Assembly: GCF_000299365.1 (NCBI RefSeq) | Contig: NC_018655.1 | Span: 720,001-752,000 of the forward strand | Length of the DNA stretch: 32,000 nucleotides | Direction: 5' to 3' | From: Candidatus Nitrosopumilus koreensis AR1 | GTDB taxonomy: Archaea > Thermoproteota > Nitrososphaeria > Nitrososphaerales > Nitrosopumilaceae | Shown: positions 18,175 through 26,989 of the stretch, in pieces | How positions within the stretch are numbered: position 1 is the stretch's first letter | Layout: each line of letters begins with the position of its first letter | The notes under the pieces: model-generated | Database searches by the model: none | What the model saw: the letters and a program-made list of their open reading frames with translations, nothing else | What the model was told of the DNA's origin: nothing | Translations under genes and position numbers: made by a program

Positions 18175-18516
18175 ATGGCAAAACCTACTGTAGAGTTACC
18201 TATTTCAAAAAAACCTACAGATGCTGAGCTAAAAAAACTCAAAGACTATTTCAAAGAAATGCCTGTTGATGAAATTCTTACTGGACTCAAATTTGCTAAA
18301 AACAGATGGTCTGCAAAAGACGCAGGTACACTCAAAGTTGGAAGAAAAAGTATCATCCAAAAAGAAGTTCACTCTGTTACAACTGAGCAAGCTCAATGGA
18401 GATTAAAAAATTGGAAGATGATGATTGCAAATTATAGAAGACGTGGATACAGCTATCCTACAATTTCTAGAATAAAGAAAATCTTAATTCAAAAAAGCAA
18501 AAAGAAATCTAAATGA
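18175..18516 (+). CDS. Conserved hypothetical basic protein
   Basis: 113-codon ORF, Lys/Arg-rich, WRLKNWKMMIANYRRRGYSYPTISRIKKIL. Confidence 0.65.
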   Translation: MAKPTVELPISKKPTDAELKKLKDYFKEMPVDEILTGLKFAKNRWSAKDAGTLKVGRKSIIQKEVHSVTTEQAQWRLKNWKMMIANYRRRGYSYPTISRIKKILIQKSKKKSK

Positions 18517-19159
18517 ATATGTCTGATTTTTTCTCAACAATTTGTTGTTTGAGAGAATCTGGAACATCTGGAATTGAGGCCTTTGTCTGACCTGCAATAA
18601 TTCCTTGTGCTTCTTCTAATATTGCTAATGTGTCTGCATTAGTTGCTGTACCGACATTCATAGTGTCTCCCAACTCTACTGATGAGCCGGACATTACATC
18701 GCCAAGTATTGATGACAAGTCTTGCATTGATGCATTTGCCTCTGGCATGATTCCATTAAGTGATGGAGCTAATCCTTTGATTATTGACATACATGGGCTG
18801 AGTGTAACTACTACATCTCCCAACTCTGATACTGTATCTAGTCTAAGTTTTACTTGTTCCATTGAAAGTTTGGCACCGCTAACCATGTTTTTCATCTTTC
18901 TTACCTGTGCCAATTCTCCAGCATATGCTTGTGCATAGGCGTTTTTGTTATTTTTTTGAGCATTAACTATTTTTTCAAAAATTTGATCATGTTTTGCCTT
19001 TAGTTTTTCATTTATTCCTTCTAGTTTTGAAATCTGAAATTGTAATTTTTTCTGCGCATAATCAATCTTGTTTTTTAGTGGTTCGTCAGGTCTTACCTTT
19101 CCCATTACTTTTTGAGAGATACTTTCTCCCTGTGTTTTGTTCCAAGAGTTGCTTAGCAT
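18509..19159 (-). CDS. Snf7/ESCRT-III family protein (CdvB paralog-like)
   Basis: Long helical core: LKNKIDYAQKKLQFQISKLEGINEKLKAKHDQIFEKIVNAQKNNKNAYAQAYAGELAQVRKMKNMVSGAKLSMEQVKLRLDTVSELGD, then an acidic C-terminal region. True start may be MGKVRPDEP (about 19099). Confidence 0.75.
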   Translation of the reverse strand: MLSNSWNKTQGESISQKVMGKVRPDEPLKNKIDYAQKKLQFQISKLEGINEKLKAKHDQIFEKIVNAQKNNKNAYAQAYAGELAQVRKMKNMVSGAKLSMEQVKLRLDTVSELGDVVVTLSPCMSIIKGLAPSLNGIMPEANASMQDLSSILGDVMSGSSVELGDTMNVGTATNADTLAILEEAQGIIAGQTKASIPDVPDSLKQQIVEKKSDIFI

Positions 19160-19250
19160 ATATGATTCTCGATATTGATCAAAATTTTTGTTTTAAAGTG
19201 ATTTGTCACCGTAGCTAGTGTAACTAGAGTGACAGATAGTTACAGTTACA

Positions 19251-20351
19251 CTATCCAAAGGTGAATGTAAATATTTGAAAGCCTGCACCCTTGACTTTAA
19301 TCTCCAAGACATGTGATGTACTCTCTTTGCTGTTGATAATGTTGTATAGTCCTGGTTCTGAAACCCTTAGGGTATTTCCTGAGGTAATGTCTTTTCCTAA
19401 ATATTGTTCAGGTAGTGGGTCTCCATCAAGATAAATTTCAAGTTCTGCATTGTTTGCAGTAACAATGTTTACCTCTTTTGCATTGTATAGCAGCTTTATC
19501 TCTCCAGTATCTGAAACTAACTCCATGCTGTCTTCTTGATTCATCCACATTCCTATTGGGTAGAATTTGTGCAGGTCTATCTTTTCAGTATCTTGATATG
19601 TTACTGTTTTTCCTGGTTGGAATCCTTCTTCACTGCCTAGCTGATTTCTGTTTTGTGCAAAATGATATCCAAAGTACAACTCTGGTGTTCTAAACAATGT
19701 ATGTTCAAACTCTTCAATGTCAACTAGTGCAGAGTCTGCTCCCATTTGAATTCCTAATGCATCTGATCTTTCTTGTAGTAATTGCTGAATAATTTTTTCA
19801 GTCTCTTGGTATCCTCCTTCTCCAATATGATCATATCTTATGTATCCTTCATGGTCTGCAATGTATTTTCTTGGCCAGTATCTGTTTTCAAATGCTTTCC
19901 AAGTCTCCATGTCGTTATCCATTACAACTGGATAGTTGATTCCATGTTTGTCAATTGCCATTTTCACATTTTCAGGATCTTTTTCAAATTCAAATTCTGG
20001 AGAATGAATTCCAATTACCAATAATCCTTGTTCTGAATACTTGTCATCCCAAGCTGTAATGTATGGAAGTGTCCTGATACAGTTGATGCAGCTATATGTC
20101 CAAATGTCATATAGTATCACTTTCCCTTCCATCTCTTTGGCTAGTTCTTCTGGAGTTGTGTTAAGATAATGAGCAATTCCCACCAAGTCAGGAGCCATTT
20201 TGAATCCAGATTTGTCTATCTGAGTAGAATCATTTGGAGAAATATTTGACACACTTGCCTGATCAAGTGATGAAAATGACACATTAATTGCTGCAATTCC
20301 TACGCCTATTGCTACTGCCAAAATGATTGCTGTTTTAATTTCTGATTTCAT
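19251..20351 (-). CDS. Membrane-anchored thioredoxin-fold (TlpA/AhpC-TSA-like) protein with a DipZ-like C-terminal domain
   Basis: EMEGKVILYDIWTYSCINCIRTLPYITAWDDKYSEQGLLVIGIHSPEFEFEKDPENV; C-terminal beta-rich domain. Active-site motif CINC. Confidence 0.82.
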   Translation of the reverse strand: MKSEIKTAIILAVAIGVGIAAINVSFSSLDQASVSNISPNDSTQIDKSGFKMAPDLVGIAHYLNTTPEELAKEMEGKVILYDIWTYSCINCIRTLPYITAWDDKYSEQGLLVIGIHSPEFEFEKDPENVKMAIDKHGINYPVVMDNDMETWKAFENRYWPRKYIADHEGYIRYDHIGEGGYQETEKIIQQLLQERSDALGIQMGADSALVDIEEFEHTLFRTPELYFGYHFAQNRNQLGSEEGFQPGKTVTYQDTEKIDLHKFYPIGMWMNQEDSMELVSDTGEIKLLYNAKEVNIVTANNAELEIYLDGDPLPEQYLGKDITSGNTLRVSEPGLYNIINSKESTSHVLEIKVKGAGFQIFTFTFG

Positions 20352-20355
20352 TTTT

Positions 20356-21090
20356 TCATCCTAAAAATAATAATTCATTGAGAAGTGGAAAGTTGGCAAT
20401 ATATGCCAGTTGATTTGTGTAAACTAGAATTCCCAAAATCACAATAAATCCTCCCAAGACAATGTTGTAATATTTTAGATGTCTACTCATTGAACGAATT
20501 ATTTTGTTTGCTCTGGAATAAAACACTCCAATCAAAATGAATGGAATTCCTAGTCCCAATGAATACACTAAGAGCAGATTAAATGCAACTGATGGAGTTG
20601 TTGCTGCAAGTGTAAGTATTGTACCCAAAATTGGACCTACACATGGTGTCCATCCTGCTGCAAATGCCAATCCAAAAACAAATGACATTGGATAACTTGC
20701 TTTTGATCTTTTTGGGAAAAATTTCTTTTCGAGATTCAATCTGTTAATCTTCATTGAAAGAAGTAAAAATATTCCAAATCCTACAATAATTATTCCCCCA
20801 ATCTGGTTTAGTCCGCTTAGCAGTTCTCCAGAAGCTGATGAAAGCGTACTGTTGATTATTACTCCCAATGTTGAAAATACTACAGAAAAACCAAGTACAA
20901 AAAATACTGAATTTAAAACAATGTTTGCTCTGTTAATTGAAACTGTTTTTGTCCCATCTTTTTGGTTCAGTTCTGAAAGTGTGGTGCCTGAAATGTATGC
21001 AAGAAACGCTGGAATCATTGGCAAGATACATGGAGCTACAAATGAGCTTAATCCTGCTAATGCTGCAACTGCCAGAGTTATTTCTGTCAC
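20356..21090 (-). CDS. CcdA/DsbD-like cytochrome c biogenesis transmembrane protein
   Basis: Multi-TM; SSFVAPCILPMIPAFLAYISG and FGLAFAAGWTPCVGPILGTILTLAA motifs typical of CcdA. Confidence 0.92.
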   Translation of the reverse strand: MTEITLAVAALAGLSSFVAPCILPMIPAFLAYISGTTLSELNQKDGTKTVSINRANIVLNSVFFVLGFSVVFSTLGVIINSTLSSASGELLSGLNQIGGIIIVGFGIFLLLSMKINRLNLEKKFFPKRSKASYPMSFVFGLAFAAGWTPCVGPILGTILTLAATTPSVAFNLLLVYSLGLGIPFILIGVFYSRANKIIRSMSRHLKYYNIVLGGFIVILGILVYTNQLAYIANFPLLNELLFLG

Positions 21091-21186
21091 ACATCATAAT
21101 CGTAATTTTTCCTTTAAAGCATTCTTCCAAATTTGACCCAAATTCTCATACAATCCGTTTTTAACTGGGTTGTACCTAATTTTGAT

Positions 21187-21291
21187 ATGAACAAGCGATT
21201 CATTATTGTGGGTATTTTATTAGGAATAGTCGTAGCAGCTGCAGTTCTAATTGGTTCTCCAATGTTTGGCGGCTTTGATGCTATGAGATAA
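21187..21291 (+). CDS. Small single-TM ORF (34 aa), not in the ORF track
   Basis: Translated by hand: MNKRFIIVGILLGIVVAAAVLIGSPMFGGFDAMR*; ends directly against the bioF stop. Confidence 0.45.
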   Translation: MNKRFIIVGILLGIVVAAAVLIGSPMFGGFDAMR

Positions 21292-22431
21292 TTAGCAAAA
21301 TTTCACGTATGCCTTCTTGAATATTTCAAGTGCTTTTTCGATATCATTGTCTTTTAGCCATGCTGTAACTGAGATTCTCAGCCTGGCCTGATTTTTTGGT
21401 ACTGTTGGATATCTGATTGGCTGGGCAAACACTCCATTCTCAAGTAAGAATTTTCCAAAGTCCATTGCTGATTTTTCATTTCCTATGATGATTGGGATTA
21501 TCTGGGATTTTGAATTTATATCAAAACCAATCTCTCTGAGTCCATTTGATAATTTTTTTGTATTTTCTTCTAGCTTCTTTTTTTGTTTTTCTCTATCTGA
21601 TTCTAATCTTTTTAATGAATGTTCTACAAGAAATGCAGGAAGTGCTGACGTATAGATAAATGATTTTGATTTGTTTATGCACAAATCAACGACATTGTTT
21701 TTTGCTGCAACGTATCCTCCAAAGGATCCTAATCCTTTGCTTAGACTACTGATGTACAAATCAATTTTTTTTCCAACTTTGAAATGATTTGGTGTCCCTT
21801 TGCCATCTTTACCAACTACAAAATCTCCATGTGCATCATCTACAATTGTTATTGCATTGGTTTTTTCCGCAATTTCAGTAATTTGTTTAAGATTAGACAT
21901 GTCTCCATCCATACTAAATATTCCTTCAGTTATCACAAACTTGTTTTTTCCTTTTTGTTTTAGTTTGGTTTGCAAATCTTTCATATCATTATGCTTGTAA
22001 ATTGAAATTTTGGCATCAGTTAGTTTACATGACTCAATTATACTTGCATGATTTAATTCATCACTGAGAATCAAGTCTCCTTTTTTTGCTATTGCAGAAA
22101 TTGACCCTAGGTTTGCCATGTATCCTGTGGGATATATCAAACTGTTTTGTTGTGATTTGTGTTTTGCAAGTACTTTTTCTAATTTTCTGTACGATTCATC
22201 ATTTCCTGAAACTAGCCTGGAGCTTGATTGGAGCTGATTGATTTTGATCCTTGTTGTTGGAATTCCTAGATAGTCATTTGAGCATAAATTGAGAAGTTTT
22301 TTTCCATTAATTGTAATGTGTGCACCGTGTACTTTTCCGTAATTCAGTTTTCGATAAAGGTTATTTTGTTTTATTGCATGTAACTCTGTATCTACAAAGT
22401 CAAGTTTATGCCTGGAGGCCAATTTTTTCAA
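21292..22431 (-). CDS. bioF: 8-amino-7-oxononanoate synthase (class-II PLP aminotransferase fold)
   Basis: LNLCSNDYLGIP, NYLMANLGS-like YPTGYMANLGSISA, DELNHASIIESCKL, IVDDAHGDF, SSLSKGLGSFGG. Confidence 0.93.
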   Translation of the reverse strand: MKKLASRHKLDFVDTELHAIKQNNLYRKLNYGKVHGAHITINGKKLLNLCSNDYLGIPTTRIKINQLQSSSRLVSGNDESYRKLEKVLAKHKSQQNSLIYPTGYMANLGSISAIAKKGDLILSDELNHASIIESCKLTDAKISIYKHNDMKDLQTKLKQKGKNKFVITEGIFSMDGDMSNLKQITEIAEKTNAITIVDDAHGDFVVGKDGKGTPNHFKVGKKIDLYISSLSKGLGSFGGYVAAKNNVVDLCINKSKSFIYTSALPAFLVEHSLKRLESDREKQKKKLEENTKKLSNGLREIGFDINSKSQIIPIIIGNEKSAMDFGKFLLENGVFAQPIRYPTVPKNQARLRISVTAWLKDNDIEKALEIFKKAYVKFC

Positions 22432-23383
22432 TCATTTTACGGTCTTTTTCAGCCTCGTTTCCATCCATTGTGAGATAACCTGCAGTAATGATTCCATTTG
22501 CACCACTTTGAAGTAATTCTTCGCCAGAATCATCAAGATTTGTCTCTCTTCCTCCAGAAATTTTGATTACTGATTCAGGTAATAGGAATCTGATCACAGA
22601 AAACATTCTGACAATTTCAGAATTTGGTAAATTTGTTTGTAGTTCTAATGGAGTTCCTGGAACTGGAACTAGTATGTTAATTGTAACTTCTTCTGGAAAC
22701 AGTCTTGCAATCTCTAGTGTTAACTCCAACCTCTGCTCTCTTGTTTCACCTAATCCAATAATTCCACCAGTGCACAACTCTAAGCCTGCATCTCTTGCAA
22801 TATCCAATGTCTTTAACCTGTCTTCATATGTGTGGGTAGTGCAAATTTCTGGAAATTTTGATTTTGCAGTTTCTAAATTGTGATTATATCTTTTTACTTT
22901 GAGTTCTTTTAGTTTTACAGCTTGTTCTGGTGTGAGAAATCCCAAACTACACTCTACACTAATCCCAACTTTGTCATTAATCTCTGTAATTATCTTGCAA
23001 ACTTTTTCAAAATCTGTCTTTGATGGTTCACGCCATGCTGCAACAAGACAATATGATTCTGCACCTTCTTCTTTTGCTTTTTTAGCTTTGGATACCACTT
23101 CTTCGGGTGATGGTAATTGGTATGTTTCTATTCCTGTGTCAAAAAATGCAGATTGTCCACAAAATGTACAGTCTTCACTGCATGCGTTTTTTTTAATATT
23201 GTTTAATTGTTCGACGTCTACTTTTTCACCATTAAAGTCCCTGGTAATTTCATTTGCACATCTTGCCAGATCTTTTAGATTCTCTTCTGGAATGTTTAGT
23301 AGTTTTTCAGCATCTTCTGCAGTAATGTGATTTCCAGAAAACACCTTCTCTTGGCATTCTTTTATGAAATTTAGGGTATCCAT
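22406..23383 (-). CDS. bioB: Biotin synthase (radical SAM)
   Basis: NACSEDCTFCGQSAFF (CxxxCxxC), YCLVAAWREPS, YNHNLET, CTGGIIGLGETREQR, ISGGRETN. Confidence 0.95.
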   Translation of the reverse strand: MDTLNFIKECQEKVFSGNHITAEDAEKLLNIPEENLKDLARCANEITRDFNGEKVDVEQLNNIKKNACSEDCTFCGQSAFFDTGIETYQLPSPEEVVSKAKKAKEEGAESYCLVAAWREPSKTDFEKVCKIITEINDKVGISVECSLGFLTPEQAVKLKELKVKRYNHNLETAKSKFPEICTTHTYEDRLKTLDIARDAGLELCTGGIIGLGETREQRLELTLEIARLFPEEVTINILVPVPGTPLELQTNLPNSEIVRMFSVIRFLLPESVIKISGGRETNLDDSGEELLQSGANGIITAGYLTMDGNEAEKDRKMIEKIGLQA

Positions 23384-23406
23384 GATTTGATGTGAAATTT
23401 TCCATT

Positions 23407-23412
23407 TATAAC
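23407..23412 (-). promoter_or_regulatory. Candidate TATA box for bioB/bioF, implying a leaderless or near-leaderless transcript
   Basis: Minus strand TTGTTATAAATGG, 24-29 nt upstream of the bioB start codon. Confidence 0.45.
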
Positions 23413-23460
23413 AATGAAGCTAGTGAATTTCTTCCCTTTATTGCTATAATTTTGAAAATA

Positions 23461-23493
23461 GGTTAACCTCCATACCATAGGGGGGTTAACAGT
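23461..23493. promoter_or_regulatory. GGTTAACC-N15-GGTTAACAGT bipartite element, site A (BirA-operator-like)
   Basis: TTAACC at 23463-23468 and GGTTAA at 23484-23489 with a 15-nt spacer, upstream of bioB. Confidence 0.55.
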
Positions 23494-23587
23494 GGTTTTA
23501 AAAATATTATTGGAAGTTCAATACCACGTGGATTCAACCACCGTTTTGGGTATGAAAATGGGCGCATTTAGGCACACATACCAAATT

Positions 23588-25147
23588 CTATTTAGCGAGT
23601 ATTATTTTTGAGTTATTGATTTTTTTGTTAATCAAGTTCTCTGCAACATCAATCATATGATTAAATTCATCTTCATTTTCTTGATGTTTGGCAAATTCAA
23701 CTAAACTTGACAATTTGAAACAATTCTTTATTTCGTCCATAGGAATTTTAGTATTATCAAGATAAGACAAAAGTTCTTCATGGGTAATTTCTTTGTTCAA
23801 GTTTAATTCATAGCTCAAAAATATCCTAAGTGCCCTACTAACTTTACTATATGCATCTTTGAATTGTTTTTCTTTGAAATTATTTCTTGCTTCTTTTATT
23901 AAATTAGTGGATTCTAAAACATGATCAAATTTTGTAGATGTTATTTTGACAATTGGTTTTGGCAATATTTTCTTGGTAGTTTTTAATTTTTTATACAAAA
24001 CATATGCAACAACTACAATTGGAATGAATACTAAAAGAGAATAAAGATATGAATAATCTTCAGAAGGTTTTTCCAGATGAATTTTTTCTAGATTATCATT
24101 TTCAAAATCTGCAGTAATTGTTGCAGTTTGGATTTCTTGATCTTGATAATTCAGTGAGATCGTAGTCCTGTTTTTATCAGAAAGAAATTCCATATCCTGT
24201 TCTACAAATCCATTTTGGGTTAATTGATTTTCATATTCTTGAAAAGTAGGATTGTCTCGCAGTATAGACAGTAATTGTTCTCTTTCTTCTTGGGTTTGTT
24301 TTTGTATTTCAGTCATGGTTCCATTTACCATATTTCCCTTCACCTTAGCCCATTTTCCCTGTCCATTTTCATAGTTGACTTCAAAACTCCCTGTAGAAGC
24401 AGAACTAGGATCTAGGCTCCCAGTAGTCACATTATACCCTTGTTGCAGGAGTTGTTGATGGGTTTTCTGAAAATCTTCATTTGAAGCAAGTTGGCTTTCA
24501 AATTCTTTTTTTAGTTGGGTTTCTTCTTGTAACTGTTCTTGAATTTCCTGTTTTAATGCACTGCTGTCTTGAGCCATCTGATTATTTTGTAGTCTTTGTT
24601 GAGGATCTTGCATCAGAGGAGATTGATTCATCAATTCATCTAATTTTTGTTGCAGAGATTGTTGTGATTGAGATTGTGTGTTCTGATTAGATGAGTCTTG
24701 TTGTGAAGATCTTTGCATTTTATTTTGTATATTATTTTTTTGAGACTCATCGGATACAAAATGAATAATTATTGGTTCAAAAGATACATGCATGTCGTTT
24801 CCATCGTTGTAGTTAAAGTTGAGAGTTACAGTCAAAGTAGTAGGTGAATCACTAGTTCCAAAATTCAACGAACCGTTTTGGTGTCCATCATCAATTATGA
24901 ATGTAGATGATTGTGTGTTTGAGCTTGAAAATTGCATGTTTCCTTGTAGTATTTGCTGTGAAATTGTATATTGTAGCATGCCAGATATTTGATGTCCATA
25001 GTCATTTTGAATCTCCAAAGGGATTACTGCATTCTCTCCAACTAAAAAATAATATTCAGATTGATCAACAGACATTACAAGTTCTTCAGCAAATGTTAAT
25101 GGAAGCGAACCCAGTAGCAGTACAACAAAAAAGATTTGTTTTTTCAT
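23588..25147 (-). CDS. Secreted/membrane protein with beta-sandwich N-terminus, Gln-rich middle and C-terminal TM plus cytoplasmic helical domain (BatD-like role)
   Basis: Signal peptide IFFVVLLLGSLPLTFA; Q-rich segment; TM YLYSLLVFIPIVVVAYVLYKKL; C-terminus KEKQFKDAYSKVSRALRIFLSYELNLNKEITHEELLSYL. Overlaps the vWA gene. Confidence 0.7.
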   Translation of the reverse strand: MKKQIFFVVLLLGSLPLTFAEELVMSVDQSEYYFLVGENAVIPLEIQNDYGHQISGMLQYTISQQILQGNMQFSSSNTQSSTFIIDDGHQNGSLNFGTSDSPTTLTVTLNFNYNDGNDMHVSFEPIIIHFVSDESQKNNIQNKMQRSSQQDSSNQNTQSQSQQSLQQKLDELMNQSPLMQDPQQRLQNNQMAQDSSALKQEIQEQLQEETQLKKEFESQLASNEDFQKTHQQLLQQGYNVTTGSLDPSSASTGSFEVNYENGQGKWAKVKGNMVNGTMTEIQKQTQEEREQLLSILRDNPTFQEYENQLTQNGFVEQDMEFLSDKNRTTISLNYQDQEIQTATITADFENDNLEKIHLEKPSEDYSYLYSLLVFIPIVVVAYVLYKKLKTTKKILPKPIVKITSTKFDHVLESTNLIKEARNNFKEKQFKDAYSKVSRALRIFLSYELNLNKEITHEELLSYLDNTKIPMDEIKNCFKLSSLVEFAKHQENEDEFNHMIDVAENLINKKINNSKIILAK

Positions 25148-26094
25148 TGAATGATCCTCCCTTTTCCATATCTTATGTAAATTTGAGCAAAGAATAATCC
25201 AAGTGATGCTACAAAGAACCAGTCTTTTATGCTAGTGTCTTCTTTTTCTCGTTTGATGTCTTTGCTAATATTTTTGTAAATATTTTCTAGAGTCTGAGAA
25301 TCAATTGATTTAAAATATTTGCCACCAGTATTTTCTGCAATTGCCTTTAGTGTAGCCTCATCTAGTTCTGCATATTGAGCCCTACCAAAGAAATCATATC
25401 CCAGAACCACCTTCTCTTCTGAGCCTAATCCAATCGTATAGACCTGGATATCATTTGATTTGGCAAAAGCGATTGCCTCCATAGGGGTAATCACGCCTGC
25501 GTTGTTGACACCATCACTAAGAAGGATTACCACTTTTTGTTTATTTGGAACAGATGTTGCCATATCGATACCAAGACTAAGCCCATCGCCGATTGCAGTC
25601 TTGCCCTCTCGTGGTAAGATGTCTTGAAGTTTTTCTATGACTTTGTCTTTGTATGGACTAAGATAAGCTGCAGTAGTAGCTCCAGTTTCAAAGGTTACAA
25701 TACCTGCATTATCTTTTGGTTGAAGGGATTGTAATAAAATCTCAGCAGAACTTTTTGCCGACTCTAATCTGTTTGGAGGATAATCGTTTGCCTGCATACT
25801 TCCAGAAACATCAATTACCAAAACAACATTGACTCCTTCTTTTGTTTGCTCTAATGGTACATGAGGATCAGCAAATCCAATTATCATCAATGCGATAACT
25901 GCAATGGATATGTAAAATAATAGAGAATCACGTTTAGTTTTTTTCTTGTTACCTATAGCAGATTTGATGTATGATAAATTACTAAATTGTATTGCAGCTT
26001 TTTTCTTTTTTGTTAGAATTTTATTGTATAAATAAAATAATCCAGGAATTACTAAAAGAAAAATTAGAATGTAAGAATTGTCAAATCCTGCCAT
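25144..26094 (-). CDS. von Willebrand factor A domain membrane protein (BatA/BatB-like)
   Basis: VVLVIDVSGSMQANDYPPNRLESAK (MIDAS DxSxS), VVILLSDGVNNAG; N- and C-terminal TM segments. Confidence 0.92.
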   Translation of the reverse strand: MAGFDNSYILIFLLVIPGLFYLYNKILTKKKKAAIQFSNLSYIKSAIGNKKKTKRDSLLFYISIAVIALMIIGFADPHVPLEQTKEGVNVVLVIDVSGSMQANDYPPNRLESAKSSAEILLQSLQPKDNAGIVTFETGATTAAYLSPYKDKVIEKLQDILPREGKTAIGDGLSLGIDMATSVPNKQKVVILLSDGVNNAGVITPMEAIAFAKSNDIQVYTIGLGSEEKVVLGYDFFGRAQYAELDEATLKAIAENTGGKYFKSIDSQTLENIYKNISKDIKREKEDTSIKDWFFVASLGLFFAQIYIRYGKGRIIQ

Positions 26095-26968
26095 TTTTTC
26101 TTACCTTCTTTTGAAGAATTTTTTTTAGAGGGATTGAATAGTTTTGATCAGTTAATAGTGAAATTGTATCAACTTTGTTTTTCATCATATTTGTTAGAAA
26201 TCTTGAATCATTTTCAGCAACCAACCTACTGTACGAGTTTCTAAAATCTTCATCAGAAGTATCAACTAAGAGTTGTTCTCCTGATTCCTCATCTTCTAAT
26301 TCTATCAGCCCAACGTCTGGAATTTCTTTCTCTCTGGGATCAATAATTCTCAAGGCTATTACATCATGACGTTTACGCAATATTTTGAGAGGTTTTAGAT
26401 AGTCACTGTTATCAATAAAATCAGAAATTACAAAAACAATACTTTTTCGTTTTATTGTCTGAGATACTCGCTCTAGGGGGGTTTTTAGGCTAGTTTTTGC
26501 CGAATTAGGCGTAAAATTGGAGATAACATCCAATAATTTCAGGACATGTTTTCTACCCTTTCTTACAGGAATGAATTTCTCAACATTATCTGTAACTAAA
26601 AAAACACCTACACCGTCGTTATTTCTTAATGCTGCAAACATCAGACTGGCAATAATCTCAAGAGATTTTTCCTTCTTGGAGATGTTTGTTCCAAAACTGC
26701 CAGAACCAGACACATCTATAACAAAATAGACTTGAAGATCCCTTTCTTCAATAAACTCTTTGATGTAAGGGTGATTAAATCTTGCAGTTACTTTCCAATC
26801 AATTGCTCGTATGTCATCTCCTGCTCTGTAATCTCTAATTTCAGAAAATTCAATTCCTTGTCCTTTAAAAACAGAATTGTAGTTACCTGTGATTATTCCA
26901 TCAACTAGTTGTTTTGTTTTAATATCTAACTTTTTGATTTTTTTTAAGATTGTTTTTGTTTGAGACAT
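26081..26968 (-). CDS. DUF58 domain protein
   Basis: GQGIEFSEIRDYRAGDDIRAIDWKVTARFNHPYIKEFIEERDLQVYFVIDVSGSGSFG. Confidence 0.95.
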   Translation of the reverse strand: MSQTKTILKKIKKLDIKTKQLVDGIITGNYNSVFKGQGIEFSEIRDYRAGDDIRAIDWKVTARFNHPYIKEFIEERDLQVYFVIDVSGSGSFGTNISKKEKSLEIIASLMFAALRNNDGVGVFLVTDNVEKFIPVRKGRKHVLKLLDVISNFTPNSAKTSLKTPLERVSQTIKRKSIVFVISDFIDNSDYLKPLKILRKRHDVIALRIIDPREKEIPDVGLIELEDEESGEQLLVDTSDEDFRNSYSRLVAENDSRFLTNMMKNKVDTISLLTDQNYSIPLKKILQKKVRKNGRI

Positions 26969-26989
26969 GTTATCACCAAACTTACGTTG

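Noticed and set aside
21800-25197. Plus-strand ORFs opposite bioF, bioB and the 519-aa gene (21800..22000, 22563..22883, 22899..23330, 24481..24690, 24907..25197)
   Set aside because: Antisense to well-supported genes with no recognisable domains.
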